This document shows positions 43,816-53,066 of a DNA stretch of 60,444 bases, one piece after another. Below the pieces are notes generated by a model. The model had not been told where the DNA came from. It did no database searches and worked only from the letters and a program-made list of their open reading frames with translations. The position numbers were made by a program, and so were the translations under genes. Each line of letters begins with the position of its first letter. The first letter of the stretch is position 1. The stretch is from positions 1-60,444 of the forward strand of contig CAZXRG010000001.1 of NCBI GenBank assembly GCA_964642935.1, written 5' to 3'. Source of the DNA: an uncultured Rhodobacterales bacterium (GTDB lineage Bacteria; Pseudomonadota; Alphaproteobacteria; Rhodobacterales; Rhodobacteraceae).

Positions 43816-44999
43816 GAGCGCAGCTTTCGCCAAACTTCACTTAGAGTATCAGAAACTATAAATCGTTTGAAATCAGATTGATAATTATAAAAATTAGATA
43901 GCTTTGTTGGGGCAAACACACCCTTCAAAGACGTCCAGAACTTGGGCCACCCTTGCGCATGGAACTCTGATTTGGGTCCGCGCAGGACAAAGGCCAGATG
44001 CAAAAGATCCCGCGCCAGATGCCGCAATAACAGCGGCTTGGCGGGCGGGTTGATCAGAGGTGGGGCAAAGGCTGGGTCGAGGGCGCGCGCAACGGCCCAT
44101 GCAGGATAAGAAAAGCCAGCGCGCAAGGCCAGCGCAAGGGAGCCCCACATCCGCCCGTTCAGTTCCATAAACCACAAGGTATCATCTTCGCCGCGCAAGA
44201 ACTCCATCATGAACGGCCCCTGCCATCCGATATCGCGCAAAAACGCTGTAACTTTGCTCTGCGTCTCAGCGTCGGGCATCAGGGTTTGACACGCACTGGA
44301 GCCCGAACCATGGGGGTTCATCATCCGAACCCTGAAATGGCCGCTCCAATTCACCACCTCCCCGTCCTGACAATAACCAAACACGCCCTCACCACGCCCG
44401 TGGATCAAGGGCTGGATCAGCATAGGCTCAGGAAGTGAGGTCAGCCCCGCAAGAAACGGCGCGACATCAGCCTGGCTCATCAGATAATGCACATCGCCCT
44501 TGGTGATCTGCCCCTCCACAAGGCTGATCGCGCCGGCTGGTTTTGCAATCGCCGGGAACATGTCCATGTCCGGTGGCGCACTTAGATCCCTGAAAATTAG
44601 AGTTGGCGGCACACTGATCCCAGCCCGCTCTGCGGCCTCGATCTGGCGCAGCTTATCAAGCGCAACCTCAGCAGGGGCCCCCTCTGCGCCCGCACTAACA
44701 GGGGGTGTTTTGCACGCCTTGCTGGCCGCATTCACCATCCAGAGCCCTGTATCATCCAAAGGAAAAACAATACCGTCGAACCCGTCAAGGATTGCACTTA
44801 GCCCCGCCACAGCGCCCGGCGTATCGCTCTCAGGGGATGGGATTTCAAACACCTGCTCAAAGGGGAGATGTTTCAGGATGGGCAGCTTGGTGCCCGCCCG
44901 CGTAAAGCAGCTGACCCGGTGGCCCGCCGCGCGCAAATCGAAAAACACTTCTGGCGCGGGTACAGCCTCGGCAAACCCGATCAAAACATGCGGTTTCAT
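43812..44999 (-). CDS. ATP-grasp domain protein
   Basis: 395 aa. KLRQIEAAERAGISVP...FPAIAKP...LIQPLIHGRGEGVFGY...FMMEFLRGEDDTLWFMELNGRMWGS shows the ATP-grasp B/C-domain order, including the E.N.R motif. Confidence 0.7.
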   Translation of the reverse strand: MKPHVLIGFAEAVPAPEVFFDLRAAGHRVSCFTRAGTKLPILKHLPFEQVFEIPSPESDTPGAVAGLSAILDGFDGIVFPLDDTGLWMVNAASKACKTPPVSAGAEGAPAEVALDKLRQIEAAERAGISVPPTLIFRDLSAPPDMDMFPAIAKPAGAISLVEGQITKGDVHYLMSQADVAPFLAGLTSLPEPMLIQPLIHGRGEGVFGYCQDGEVVNWSGHFRVRMMNPHGSGSSACQTLMPDAETQSKVTAFLRDIGWQGPFMMEFLRGEDDTLWFMELNGRMWGSLALALRAGFSYPAWAVARALDPAFAPPLINPPAKPLLLRHLARDLLHLAFVLRGPKSEFHAQGWPKFWTSLKGVFAPTKLSNFYNYQSDFKRFIVSDTLSEVWRKLRS

Positions 45000-45005
45000 C
45001 AGACT

Positions 45006-45674
45006 TTAGATCCTAGATTTGATAAATGTTTTAAGTGGTTGCATTAGTTTTTTCATACCACCTATTTCTCCGCTCAGGATCCCTTCAACATCCGCCATGC
45101 TATGGGTGTTCTGAACCGATGTGCGCGGCTGAGGCCAAGCGCCTGAGCGCGCACGGCCCCCATCACTGGAATAGATCTTTTCATAGCCCAACCGGCGCAG
45201 AGCTTGCAAAGCGTTTCGATTATAAAGCCCAAAAGGAATAGCGGCCTGTGTGATGGTGCTTCCGGTTATGTCTGAAAGCTGCGCGCGCGCGGTTTCAAAC
45301 TCCCGGCTTTGCCCTGCGGCATCCAGCTTGGTCCAATCCACATGATCCATGCCATGGGTGCCAATGCTGTGCCCATTGGCCATCATGTCCTTGATCTGAG
45401 CTCGGCTCAACGATCCAGGCTGATCAATGCGCCCGGCCAACGCAAAGAACACAGCCTTTAAGCCATGCGCCTCCAGCGCGGGCATCCCGATTTCGGCGTC
45501 AGAGGCATTGCCATCATCAAATGTGATCTCAATGGGACAGGCAAATCCGCCCTTAGCAATCCGCGCAATAATCGCCTCATAGAAATCAGCAGAGATCCAA
45601 TAGGGCGCTTCACCGGGCTCCAATTCGCGCGCGGGCGGTCCCACTCCGTGAAAGTTCAAGATAACGACTGACAT
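45006..45674 (-). CDS. Polysaccharide deacetylase (NodB-homology) family protein
   Basis: The track start is GTG; the ATG at 45674 is preceded by AAGGAAAAGAGAA. ITFDDGNASD (TFDDG motif) and HSIGTHGMDH (His-His metal motif) are present. Confidence 0.8.
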   Translation of the reverse strand: MSVVILNFHGVGPPARELEPGEAPYWISADFYEAIIARIAKGGFACPIEITFDDGNASDAEIGMPALEAHGLKAVFFALAGRIDQPGSLSRAQIKDMMANGHSIGTHGMDHVDWTKLDAAGQSREFETARAQLSDITGSTITQAAIPFGLYNRNALQALRRLGYEKIYSSDGGRARSGAWPQPRTSVQNTHSMADVEGILSGEIGGMKKLMQPLKTFIKSRI

Positions 45675-45912
45675 TTCTCTTTTCCTTGGCACCCGGACCG
45701 TCTAGGCACGGCTCTTATCACAAGACTGGGCGCTGGCGAAAGAGCAGCCTCCTGACTTGTATGAACTCGACCAAAATCATCACAAGATGACCAAATAATG
45801 ACTGCGGATTGCAGAAATGCGATCCAAAATTTGCCACTATCTGCCCTCATATGATAGGGCGACGGCATCCCGGGATCGGGTATGAGACCACTCTTGGGAA
45901 GGACCCGTGAAT

Positions 45913-47316
45913 ATGCTGGGCTCAGGGCTCTTTTTGGTGTCGGGCAACATGTTGATCGGCTTGATCATGCTGGCCCGCAACATCCTGATTGCGAATTATA
46001 TTTCCGTTGAGGACTACGGCGTCGCAATGACCTTTGCGATTACGATGTCGCTCATTGAGATGGCCTTCAATCTGGCGGCGGATGTTTATGTTGTGAAGGC
46101 CAAGAACGGGGATGACCCTGAGACCCTTTCGGTGCTGCACACGGTTCTGGTTATTCGCGGAGCCCTCAATGGGGTGCTGCTTTATCTGCTGAGCCCAATC
46201 ATTGCGGGCCTGTTTCAAGCGCCTGAGCTGACCTGGGCCTATCAGACAATGGCTATTTTGTCGGTGCTCAGGGGATTGTTCCATCTCGATATCTTCCGCC
46301 TGCAACGCCATGGCGAGTTCCGTTGGAAAGTCATTGTGGAGGTCAGCGCTTATGTTTTGTCCTTCGCAGCAGCCTGGGGGTTTTCGGTGCTTTGGGGCGA
46401 TTTCCGCGCAATGCTTGGGGCGCTTTTTGTCCAATGGATCACATTTATGGTGCTCAGCCATATCGTGGCCAAACGCCCCTATCGCCTGACCTGGAATAAG
46501 GAGGTCTTCCGCGGGCTCTTTACCTTTGGGTGGCCATTGCTGCTGAATGGCTGGCTGGGCTATCCGGTTGTAAACGGGGATCGCATTATTGTTGGCAATC
46601 TGCTGGGACCTGAGACGTTGGGCTGGTTCTCTGCGGCCTTCATGCTCACCCAAACCCCATCACTTTTGCTGGCCGGGGCGCAGCGGACGTTATTTTTGCC
46701 CCAGGTCAGCAAAGCTGACAGTGCTCAGGCGCACCGGGTGTCTTTGGAGGTTGCTCTCTTTCTGGGGCTGGCCTTTGCGATTGGCACGGTGATTGCTGGC
46801 CCTGCGCTTTTGACCCTGCTGTTTGGAGAGCGCTATATTGCTGCGGTTCCCGCCTTGTTGTGGCTGGGGGTGATGTTTGGCGTGCGCATTGCGCGCAACG
46901 GCTTGGTGACAAATGCAATCGGGGCCGGGGAAACCAAGGTGGTGCTTTTGGCCACAGCAATACGGGTTGCAGCACTTCCGCTTGCTTATATCCTGCTGGC
47001 GATGAACGGGTCTATCACTCAGCTTATGATGCTGTTGGTCGGGGCGGAGGTTTTTGCCTTTCTGGCGCATCTGTGGCTGATCCGCAAATATGTGAACCGG
47101 GTTACAGCCCCGGTGATTGTATCAGGTGTTGTCGGTCTTTTGACCCTTGCGGTTATCCAAATAAGCAGCCCGGTTTTATGGCAGGACTTGCGATTTGAGC
47201 CTTTGCAATGGGCTTTGCTCTTGGGGCTCGTGGTCAGTGTGGTCTTCATGCCATCTCTGCGCGGCTGGATCACACAGGAAATTTCCAATGCGCGCACGCC
47301 AACCAAATCTGGGTGA
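45913..47316 (+). CDS. Wzx-type oligosaccharide flippase (polysaccharide biosynthesis protein family)
   Basis: About 467 aa with 12-14 TM segments and the typical N-terminal ...LIGLIMLARNILIANYISVEDYG. The ATG at 45913 lies 10 nt after GGAAGGA (a GTG at 45907 is the alternative). Confidence 0.8.
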   Translation: MLGSGLFLVSGNMLIGLIMLARNILIANYISVEDYGVAMTFAITMSLIEMAFNLAADVYVVKAKNGDDPETLSVLHTVLVIRGALNGVLLYLLSPIIAGLFQAPELTWAYQTMAILSVLRGLFHLDIFRLQRHGEFRWKVIVEVSAYVLSFAAAWGFSVLWGDFRAMLGALFVQWITFMVLSHIVAKRPYRLTWNKEVFRGLFTFGWPLLLNGWLGYPVVNGDRIIVGNLLGPETLGWFSAAFMLTQTPSLLLAGAQRTLFLPQVSKADSAQAHRVSLEVALFLGLAFAIGTVIAGPALLTLLFGERYIAAVPALLWLGVMFGVRIARNGLVTNAIGAGETKVVLLATAIRVAALPLAYILLAMNGSITQLMMLLVGAEVFAFLAHLWLIRKYVNRVTAPVIVSGVVGLLTLAVIQISSPVLWQDLRFEPLQWALLLGLVVSVVFMPSLRGWITQEISNARTPTKSG

Positions 47317-47389
47317 ACCCCATGCAGCCTTATAGTAGCATCCCCCCATATCAGCGTTAAAACACCACACTTCCTAGAGAGTTTCTCAC

Positions 47390-47809
47390 ATGAGCCTGAA
47401 CCGTCTTCGATCTTTGCGCAAACTCCTGGTGGACCTGAAACGTGGGTATTTGCGCCGGGTCTGGGGGCTTGATATTCATCCCAGTGTTGAAATGTCCCTG
47501 TCGGCCAAATTCGATATCACCAACCCCAAAGGCATTCACATCGATGCCCAGACCTATATTGCCTTTGAAGCGCGCATTCTAAGCCATGACCGCACCCGCG
47601 CGCTCAACACCGATACCTATATTGGCAAAAACTGCTTTATTGGCGGGCGCTCCTTGATCCTGCCGGGCGTCACAATCGGGGACGGCTGCATTGTCGGAGC
47701 GGGCTCCGTGGTCACGAAATCCGTTCCCCCGGGCACGATCGTCGGCGGGAACCCGGCCAAGGTGATCCATGAAGGGGTCACGCTTGGACCTTATGGGCAG
47801 TTCAAGTAA
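47390..47809 (+). CDS. Hexapeptide-repeat (LbH) acyl/acetyltransferase
   Basis: 139 aa. IGKNCFIGGRSLILPGVTIGDGCIVGAGSVVTKSVPPGTIVGGNPAKVI. Confidence 0.85.
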   Translation: MSLNRLRSLRKLLVDLKRGYLRRVWGLDIHPSVEMSLSAKFDITNPKGIHIDAQTYIAFEARILSHDRTRALNTDTYIGKNCFIGGRSLILPGVTIGDGCIVGAGSVVTKSVPPGTIVGGNPAKVIHEGVTLGPYGQFK

Positions 47810-47837
47810 AACCCTCGGACACGAATGCCCTGCCTTA

Positions 47838-49283
47838 TTATAAGCGTGATTTTATATCTCGTCGCCGAGGGGCACGCTTTGAGCCTCTGGATGCAATAGG
47901 TTCGCGTGGGGCACGCCCTCGTCTTGCCTGGTTACCGCGCCTGCGCGGATTGGTTTCTTCTTCCAGCTCATCCGTTTTTCGCGCAGTATCTGCAAGCCAG
48001 ATCCCACCTGCCAGAAGGGTCATGAAATAGGAATTGACCTCGACATTGATCGCCACAGTGCCCAGCGAAATACACCAACCAATCATACAGATCATATAGC
48101 CGCGCTGCGCAAGAACCAGCGCTTCATTGCCCGCCACCTTTGCCCGGCCCGCAACTGTCAGGCTGTAAATCACCACCACAAGCAACGCCCCACCACCAGG
48201 GATCCCATATTTCATGAATTTCAGCAGCCAGTGATTATCGACACTGGGCACCATCCAGGGCGCACGCACCCAGTCATTGTTGCCAATGCCAAAAAACGGA
48301 TGGCGCATAACTTCCGCCGAGCCGTACTGGAAAATCAAAATCCGGTTATAGGCCGTGTGCGGATTAAACGCGAATTTGGATACAAACACAGCAATCGGCG
48401 AATGGCTCGCGAAGATCTCCACGAAGATATAGATGAACACAAGCCCGGCTGTGAGCAGGCGCCATCTGCCCTGAATAAACCGGGTGAAGCGTTCAAATCC
48501 AAGGAAACCAAGCTGCAGCAAAGCTGACAACACAGCCGCTGACGAAACTGAGGTCACTGTGGTGACCCAGACAACCACGCCCCAGAATGTCTTTATGGGA
48601 AGGCCTTTGCCGCGTGTGTGCAAGGTCAGAGCCAGCGCCATCAGCGAGGCACAAAACACGCCATACATGATCGGATGCACAAGCGTGAACTGAGAGCGCA
48701 GCAGGCCAAAGCGCGGCTCATAATCAACATCACCGGGCAGCTTGAAAACATTTGGCACCGGATTCACATCGCGCAAGAACTCGATGATGATCGACTTCCC
48801 GGTTTGCGTTTCGATGATCACAAAGGGCAGCGAGATCAGGATGAAGATCAGCAAATATTTCACAAAAACCGCGAGATCCTCGACAGAGCGGATAAAAATG
48901 CGCCCGATCAGATAAGCCCCGGTCATCTCGACGAAATACATGATCGAGAATTCCGAGACGTTTAACAGACCATGATTGACGCTCAACGCCAAATAGACCC
49001 AGATGCAGTGGAACACGACAAAGTAATCCGCAGGCTTTACCCCGCCATAGCGCCCCGACAGCAGGCGCAACAGCATCGGGATCAGCAGACAGATGATGAA
49101 AATTCGCGAAAAGGTAATGTAGACGGGGCCCAGCTGAAACTTCACGGGCCAGACTATGCTTAATGTATAAAGGAACAATATCAAGCCATTGGTAGATTTT
49201 CCTACCGTATCTGAACCAAGCCTGGACGCTCTTGGAGCCCGGGTTCTGGCTGTGCGCTGCCTTGAAGCATCAATACTCGCCAT
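47838..49283 (-). CDS. O-antigen polymerase/ligase (Wzy_C) family membrane protein with Arg-rich tails
   Basis: 481 aa and polytopic. HPFFGIGNNDW...VDNHWLLKFMKYGIPGG corresponds to the H.N..L....E.G..G periplasmic-loop region of Wzy/WaaL-type proteins. Confidence 0.7.
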   Translation of the reverse strand: MASIDASRQRTARTRAPRASRLGSDTVGKSTNGLILFLYTLSIVWPVKFQLGPVYITFSRIFIICLLIPMLLRLLSGRYGGVKPADYFVVFHCIWVYLALSVNHGLLNVSEFSIMYFVEMTGAYLIGRIFIRSVEDLAVFVKYLLIFILISLPFVIIETQTGKSIIIEFLRDVNPVPNVFKLPGDVDYEPRFGLLRSQFTLVHPIMYGVFCASLMALALTLHTRGKGLPIKTFWGVVVWVTTVTSVSSAAVLSALLQLGFLGFERFTRFIQGRWRLLTAGLVFIYIFVEIFASHSPIAVFVSKFAFNPHTAYNRILIFQYGSAEVMRHPFFGIGNNDWVRAPWMVPSVDNHWLLKFMKYGIPGGGALLVVVIYSLTVAGRAKVAGNEALVLAQRGYMICMIGWCISLGTVAINVEVNSYFMTLLAGGIWLADTARKTDELEEETNPRRRGNQARRGRAPREPIASRGSKRAPRRRDIKSRL

Positions 49284-49318
49284 ATCAATAAGATCCTGAC
49301 ATCAAGACATGGTCCTTA

Positions 49319-50233
49319 TCACGTCCGGTTCCAGCCGGATGTCATGGCATTGTGGTCAGGATTGATCAACAGCCGCAACATCCGCACGCCCCGATAAAGT
49401 CGCACGCGGGTCATTCCGACGAAACCAAGCCAACGCGATTTGAACCCGCTCAGCCTTGGACTTGTGAATACCCTGAAAATCTCACCAACCGGGGAGGCGA
49501 TCAGAGCCAGCGCTTTGAGACCCCAGCGCAGCTTGGCCCCAAAGCCGGATTTGAGGATCGCAAAATCATGCCCGACAAGCCGGTCAATCTTACGCCACAG
49601 CCCGGTGAAATCTTCGCGCGCGCGGGTGGTGATTTTCACACCCGGCACATAGGCGATTGCAAGGCCCATGGCGGTGGCGCGATGCCCCCAATCCCGGTCT
49701 TCGGCGATTTCCAAGCCAGCAAAATCGCCCACCTGTTCGAAAATCTCAGCGCGCATGGCCAGATTGCCGGTCCCCGAAAAATTATGCCGGGTGATGTAAA
49801 GCTTCTGGCGGTAGTTATAAACGCTTTCATAGGCTTCCAGCATATCGGGCTGCTCTGGGTTGCGCAGATCAATACCCACATCACCGCCCATGATAGGTTC
49901 TGCATCCGGGCGCGCGAAATGACCCAGAATTCCTGAAACCCAACCAGGTTCGGCCAGACAGTCTGAATCGATAAAGGACAAAATAGGTGCAGTCGCCACC
50001 TTGGCCCCGGTTGAGCGCGCAGGCCCCGGCCCCGGCGTCGCCTCTTGCAACAATCGCGCGCCATGGCTGGCCACCAAAGCTTCAGGCAAGCTGCGCGAGC
50101 CATTATCCACCACAATCACTTCTAGATCTGGCATGTCCGCGCGCTCTCTGTCCAATGCCAAAAGACAGCGGGCAAGCCCCTCTTCATCGTTGAGATGTGG
50201 GATGATAACAGACAGGCGTGGAACACTGGTCAT
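49319..50233 (-). CDS. Family 2 glycosyltransferase
   Basis: 304 aa. LSVIIPHLNDEEGLARCL...EVIVVDNGS and a DSD motif (FIDSDC). Confidence 0.85.
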   Translation of the reverse strand: MTSVPRLSVIIPHLNDEEGLARCLLALDRERADMPDLEVIVVDNGSRSLPEALVASHGARLLQEATPGPGPARSTGAKVATAPILSFIDSDCLAEPGWVSGILGHFARPDAEPIMGGDVGIDLRNPEQPDMLEAYESVYNYRQKLYITRHNFSGTGNLAMRAEIFEQVGDFAGLEIAEDRDWGHRATAMGLAIAYVPGVKITTRAREDFTGLWRKIDRLVGHDFAILKSGFGAKLRWGLKALALIASPVGEIFRVFTSPRLSGFKSRWLGFVGMTRVRLYRGVRMLRLLINPDHNAMTSGWNRT

Positions 50234-50273
50234 AACAAAAGTCCTATTTGCATTTTGCCGTTACTAAAACGCT

Positions 50274-51173
50274 TCAATACCCGAATTTTTTCAGCACCGT
50301 ACCGAGTTCGCGGTCGATGTAATCCAGATGCTCTTGGGTCAAGAGACCTTTCCACTGGCCGGATTTACCAGAGCGCACATGGCTTTTGGCCCCGGATGGC
50401 TTGGCTTTGCCAGAGCGTTTCTTTGCTTCAAACATCCGCATCAGCTTAACGCCGTAAGCATGTTCTTCGCCTTCAAATCCCATATGGGTGAAAATCCGGT
50501 CATACCAGAGCTCGCGGTCATCGCCCATCAGGTCTGCGTAGCTGACCTCCAGCATGTCCGGGTCTTCCATATCCCAATTTTCCAGCAAATCCCGGTAGGA
50601 AAAGATGAAGTGGTTGATCTCCATGTAAAGCCCGGCATCCTGATCCGCCTCAAGCAGCTTTTCCTGATAGGTGCGCCCATTTTCATCCTGGCGGTGGACC
50701 CAGGCTTCGGTGGTCCATTTGTGGTAGTGATAGCCTGAGATGATCATGTCGCGCGGATCGCGCATCACATGGACCCCGCGATAGGGCCGCATGCTGTTCA
50801 GATCCATCTTGCTCTGACCTGACAAGAACATACGGGTTCCCGCACGAGGGGCTTCGGCATTGACCACATCAAAGGGAATGCCCAGCCCCATGGAATGCAA
50901 CCGCAAGACATCAACAAAATAGGTTGTCATTGCCTTATGATGGGTGCCCACAAACATGGTTGGGCCTTCATTCGCCTTTTTAGACTTGCGCAAACGACCC
51001 GTTATCAGCTTGGGAACAATGCCCCAAAAGGCTGGGTTTTTAAGCGTACCGACATTGCGCTTATAACTGTTTTGCAGCTTGATTTTAGCGCGCTCCAATG
51101 CGGAACGCTCAACAGGAGCACCATGTCCGGCTTCCGTTGTGATCTCAGTGCGCTGTTGTGATGTTACCGTCAT
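50274..51173 (-). CDS. Sulfotransferase-domain protein (second PAPS-type sulfotransferase)
   Basis: 299 aa. MRDPRDMIISGYHYH is a 3'-phosphate-binding RDPRD..S.Y motif. The N-terminal GTHHKAMTTY lies at the position of the PSB loop. Confidence 0.8.
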   Translation of the reverse strand: MTVTSQQRTEITTEAGHGAPVERSALERAKIKLQNSYKRNVGTLKNPAFWGIVPKLITGRLRKSKKANEGPTMFVGTHHKAMTTYFVDVLRLHSMGLGIPFDVVNAEAPRAGTRMFLSGQSKMDLNSMRPYRGVHVMRDPRDMIISGYHYHKWTTEAWVHRQDENGRTYQEKLLEADQDAGLYMEINHFIFSYRDLLENWDMEDPDMLEVSYADLMGDDRELWYDRIFTHMGFEGEEHAYGVKLMRMFEAKKRSGKAKPSGAKSHVRSGKSGQWKGLLTQEHLDYIDRELGTVLKKFGY

Positions 51174-51394
51174 TTGGTCCCAATTCTCGAATCTGTTATA
51201 TTCCGCAGTTTTTGCATCTAAAACAGAACATTTGGGGCTTTTTTTTGACTATTGAGAACATAACCCACAACCTTTTTACGCCGGAGAGTGTCTCTTTTTC
51301 ATGTTCGGCTCGATGAGCAGATATCCATATTGCGCATCTTCTAATGCAGCTCTGAATGAAGCACAAAGATAATTTCACACATCAGCCGTGTTTT

Positions 51395-51628
51395 TCATCG
51401 CGCACATCTCCTAGCTGCGAGGGAAGACCCCGCGCTTAAATCCACATTACGTGTTTTAGAACACGCCTGAAGCGCGATACTATCGCTCAACCGCACAGCA
51501 CTTTGCTCAAAGGCAGGCGCAGAAAAGTTGAGTGCAGCACCTGCACTCATTGTCAGGGCGGCCAGCAGAACTGTAAATTCACTGGCAACCGCCCCGGACC
51601 TGTCGGCCCAGAATGTTTTGATTTTCAC
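51395..51628 (-). CDS. Flp/TadE-like pilin-type N-terminal domain protein (orphan)
   Basis: 77 aa with a GTG start. FWADRSGAVASEFTVLLAALTMSAGAAL resembles the Flp prepilin G/xxxxE(Y/F) processing motif followed by a hydrophobic helix. No tad genes are in the window. Confidence 0.35.
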   Translation of the reverse strand: MKIKTFWADRSGAVASEFTVLLAALTMSAGAALNFSAPAFEQSAVRLSDSIALQACSKTRNVDLSAGSSLAARRCAR

Positions 51629-51953
51629 TGCTCATTACTCGTATCTTTTTTGATCCAGCACCTTTGGCGGTCCTGGTTGCGTTAACCTTTGCGCCCAAAA
51701 AAAGGCAACAATGTGGCCTAGCCTTGTAGGAAACAACCCCCGAATCAAAGCCAACTGACCAAATAGTTCTTATTTTCAGCAGACTTCCCACATGCGTGCC
51801 CAATTAACCGCCCTCTAGCAAAATTATGACAATCCGGTACAAAAAGCCTTCGATTTGCTGTAATAAGGCCCATATGAGTGAAGAGTATCTTTCCGAGAAC
51901 CTGATAAGATTCGGGGGCTGGTTTCGTGGGAAGTCAAAAAATCTGGGTGCGTA

Positions 51954-52925
51954 ATGTCGAGTTCTATCAAAATCTACACTGAATTCTTCGGGCTAAAGAC
52001 CCGTCCGTTCTCGCTGTTGCCGGACCCGGATTTCATCTATTGGTCCACGCCGCATAAGCAAGCCTATACAATGCTGGAATACGGCATGCTGACCTGTGCG
52101 CCCATCACATTGATCACAGGCGAGATTGGGGCTGGTAAAACCACGCTGGTGCGCGAACTGTTGGCAGCCATGCCACAAGAATTCACCGTTGGTCTGATTT
52201 CAAACGCACAAGGCGATCGCGGCGAGTTGTTGCACTGGGTCTTGATGAGCTTGGGCCAAATGGTTGAGCCGGGTGCGGGCTATGTGCAGCTGTTTCATCA
52301 GTTTCAGACCTATCTGATCGAAGAATATGCCGCTGGTCGGCGCACAGTCCTGATTTTCGATGAGGCACAGAACCTATCCGTTGAGACCCTTGAGGAGCTC
52401 CGGATGTTTTCCAATATCAATGCGGATAAGGACGAGCTGCTGCAGCTTATTCTGGTTGGCCAACCACAGCTTTGCGATCTGGTGTCGCGCCCGGAGCTGG
52501 TGCAATTTGCACAACGCATCGTGGCAGAGTTCCATTTGCCCACCATGAGCCGGGATGATGTGGCCAATTATATCAATCACCGCCTGGCCGTTGCCGGGGC
52601 CACCCGCCCGATCTTTACCCGCGGGGCCTGCGAGAGCATTCATCTGGTCACCAAAGGCACACCACGCCTGATCAACCAGATCTGCGATTACGCACTCGTT
52701 TACGCCTATTCTTATGAGCGGCGCGAAGTGGATGCAGCGATCATCCAACAAGTTGTGATGGATCGTAAGATTTACGGTGTGTTCAACACCACGCCTCAAG
52801 GGCAAACGCCGTTCTCGATGGATCAAGCAGCAGATAATGCAGATGCACCAGACCAGCCTTCAAGTGGCCCTGACGACAACAATGATGATCCTCAGGCCCC
52901 TACTTTGCTTCAGGGTCGTGGGTGA
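51954..52925 (+). CDS. ExeA-like AAA ATPase of the PEP-CTERM/exosortase EPS-locus type
   Basis: 323 aa. FFGLKTRPFSLLPDPDFIYWSTPHKQAY...ITGEIGAGKTTLVRELL (Walker A) and VLIFDEAQNL (Walker B). Acidic low-complexity tail. Confidence 0.85.
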   Translation: MSSSIKIYTEFFGLKTRPFSLLPDPDFIYWSTPHKQAYTMLEYGMLTCAPITLITGEIGAGKTTLVRELLAAMPQEFTVGLISNAQGDRGELLHWVLMSLGQMVEPGAGYVQLFHQFQTYLIEEYAAGRRTVLIFDEAQNLSVETLEELRMFSNINADKDELLQLILVGQPQLCDLVSRPELVQFAQRIVAEFHLPTMSRDDVANYINHRLAVAGATRPIFTRGACESIHLVTKGTPRLINQICDYALVYAYSYERREVDAAIIQQVVMDRKIYGVFNTTPQGQTPFSMDQAADNADAPDQPSSGPDDNNDDPQAPTLLQGRG

Positions 52926-53066
52926 AACGATAAATCAAACCTTTGCCTTGAAACTGCCTAAGAGACCTGCGAGGAAATTTCCGACCAATCTTGGGTAATG
53001 TTGCAAACGTCCAAATGACCGCCCGCAAAGCGATTATAGGCCAGCTCCAAAGAAGAACCGACGCAT

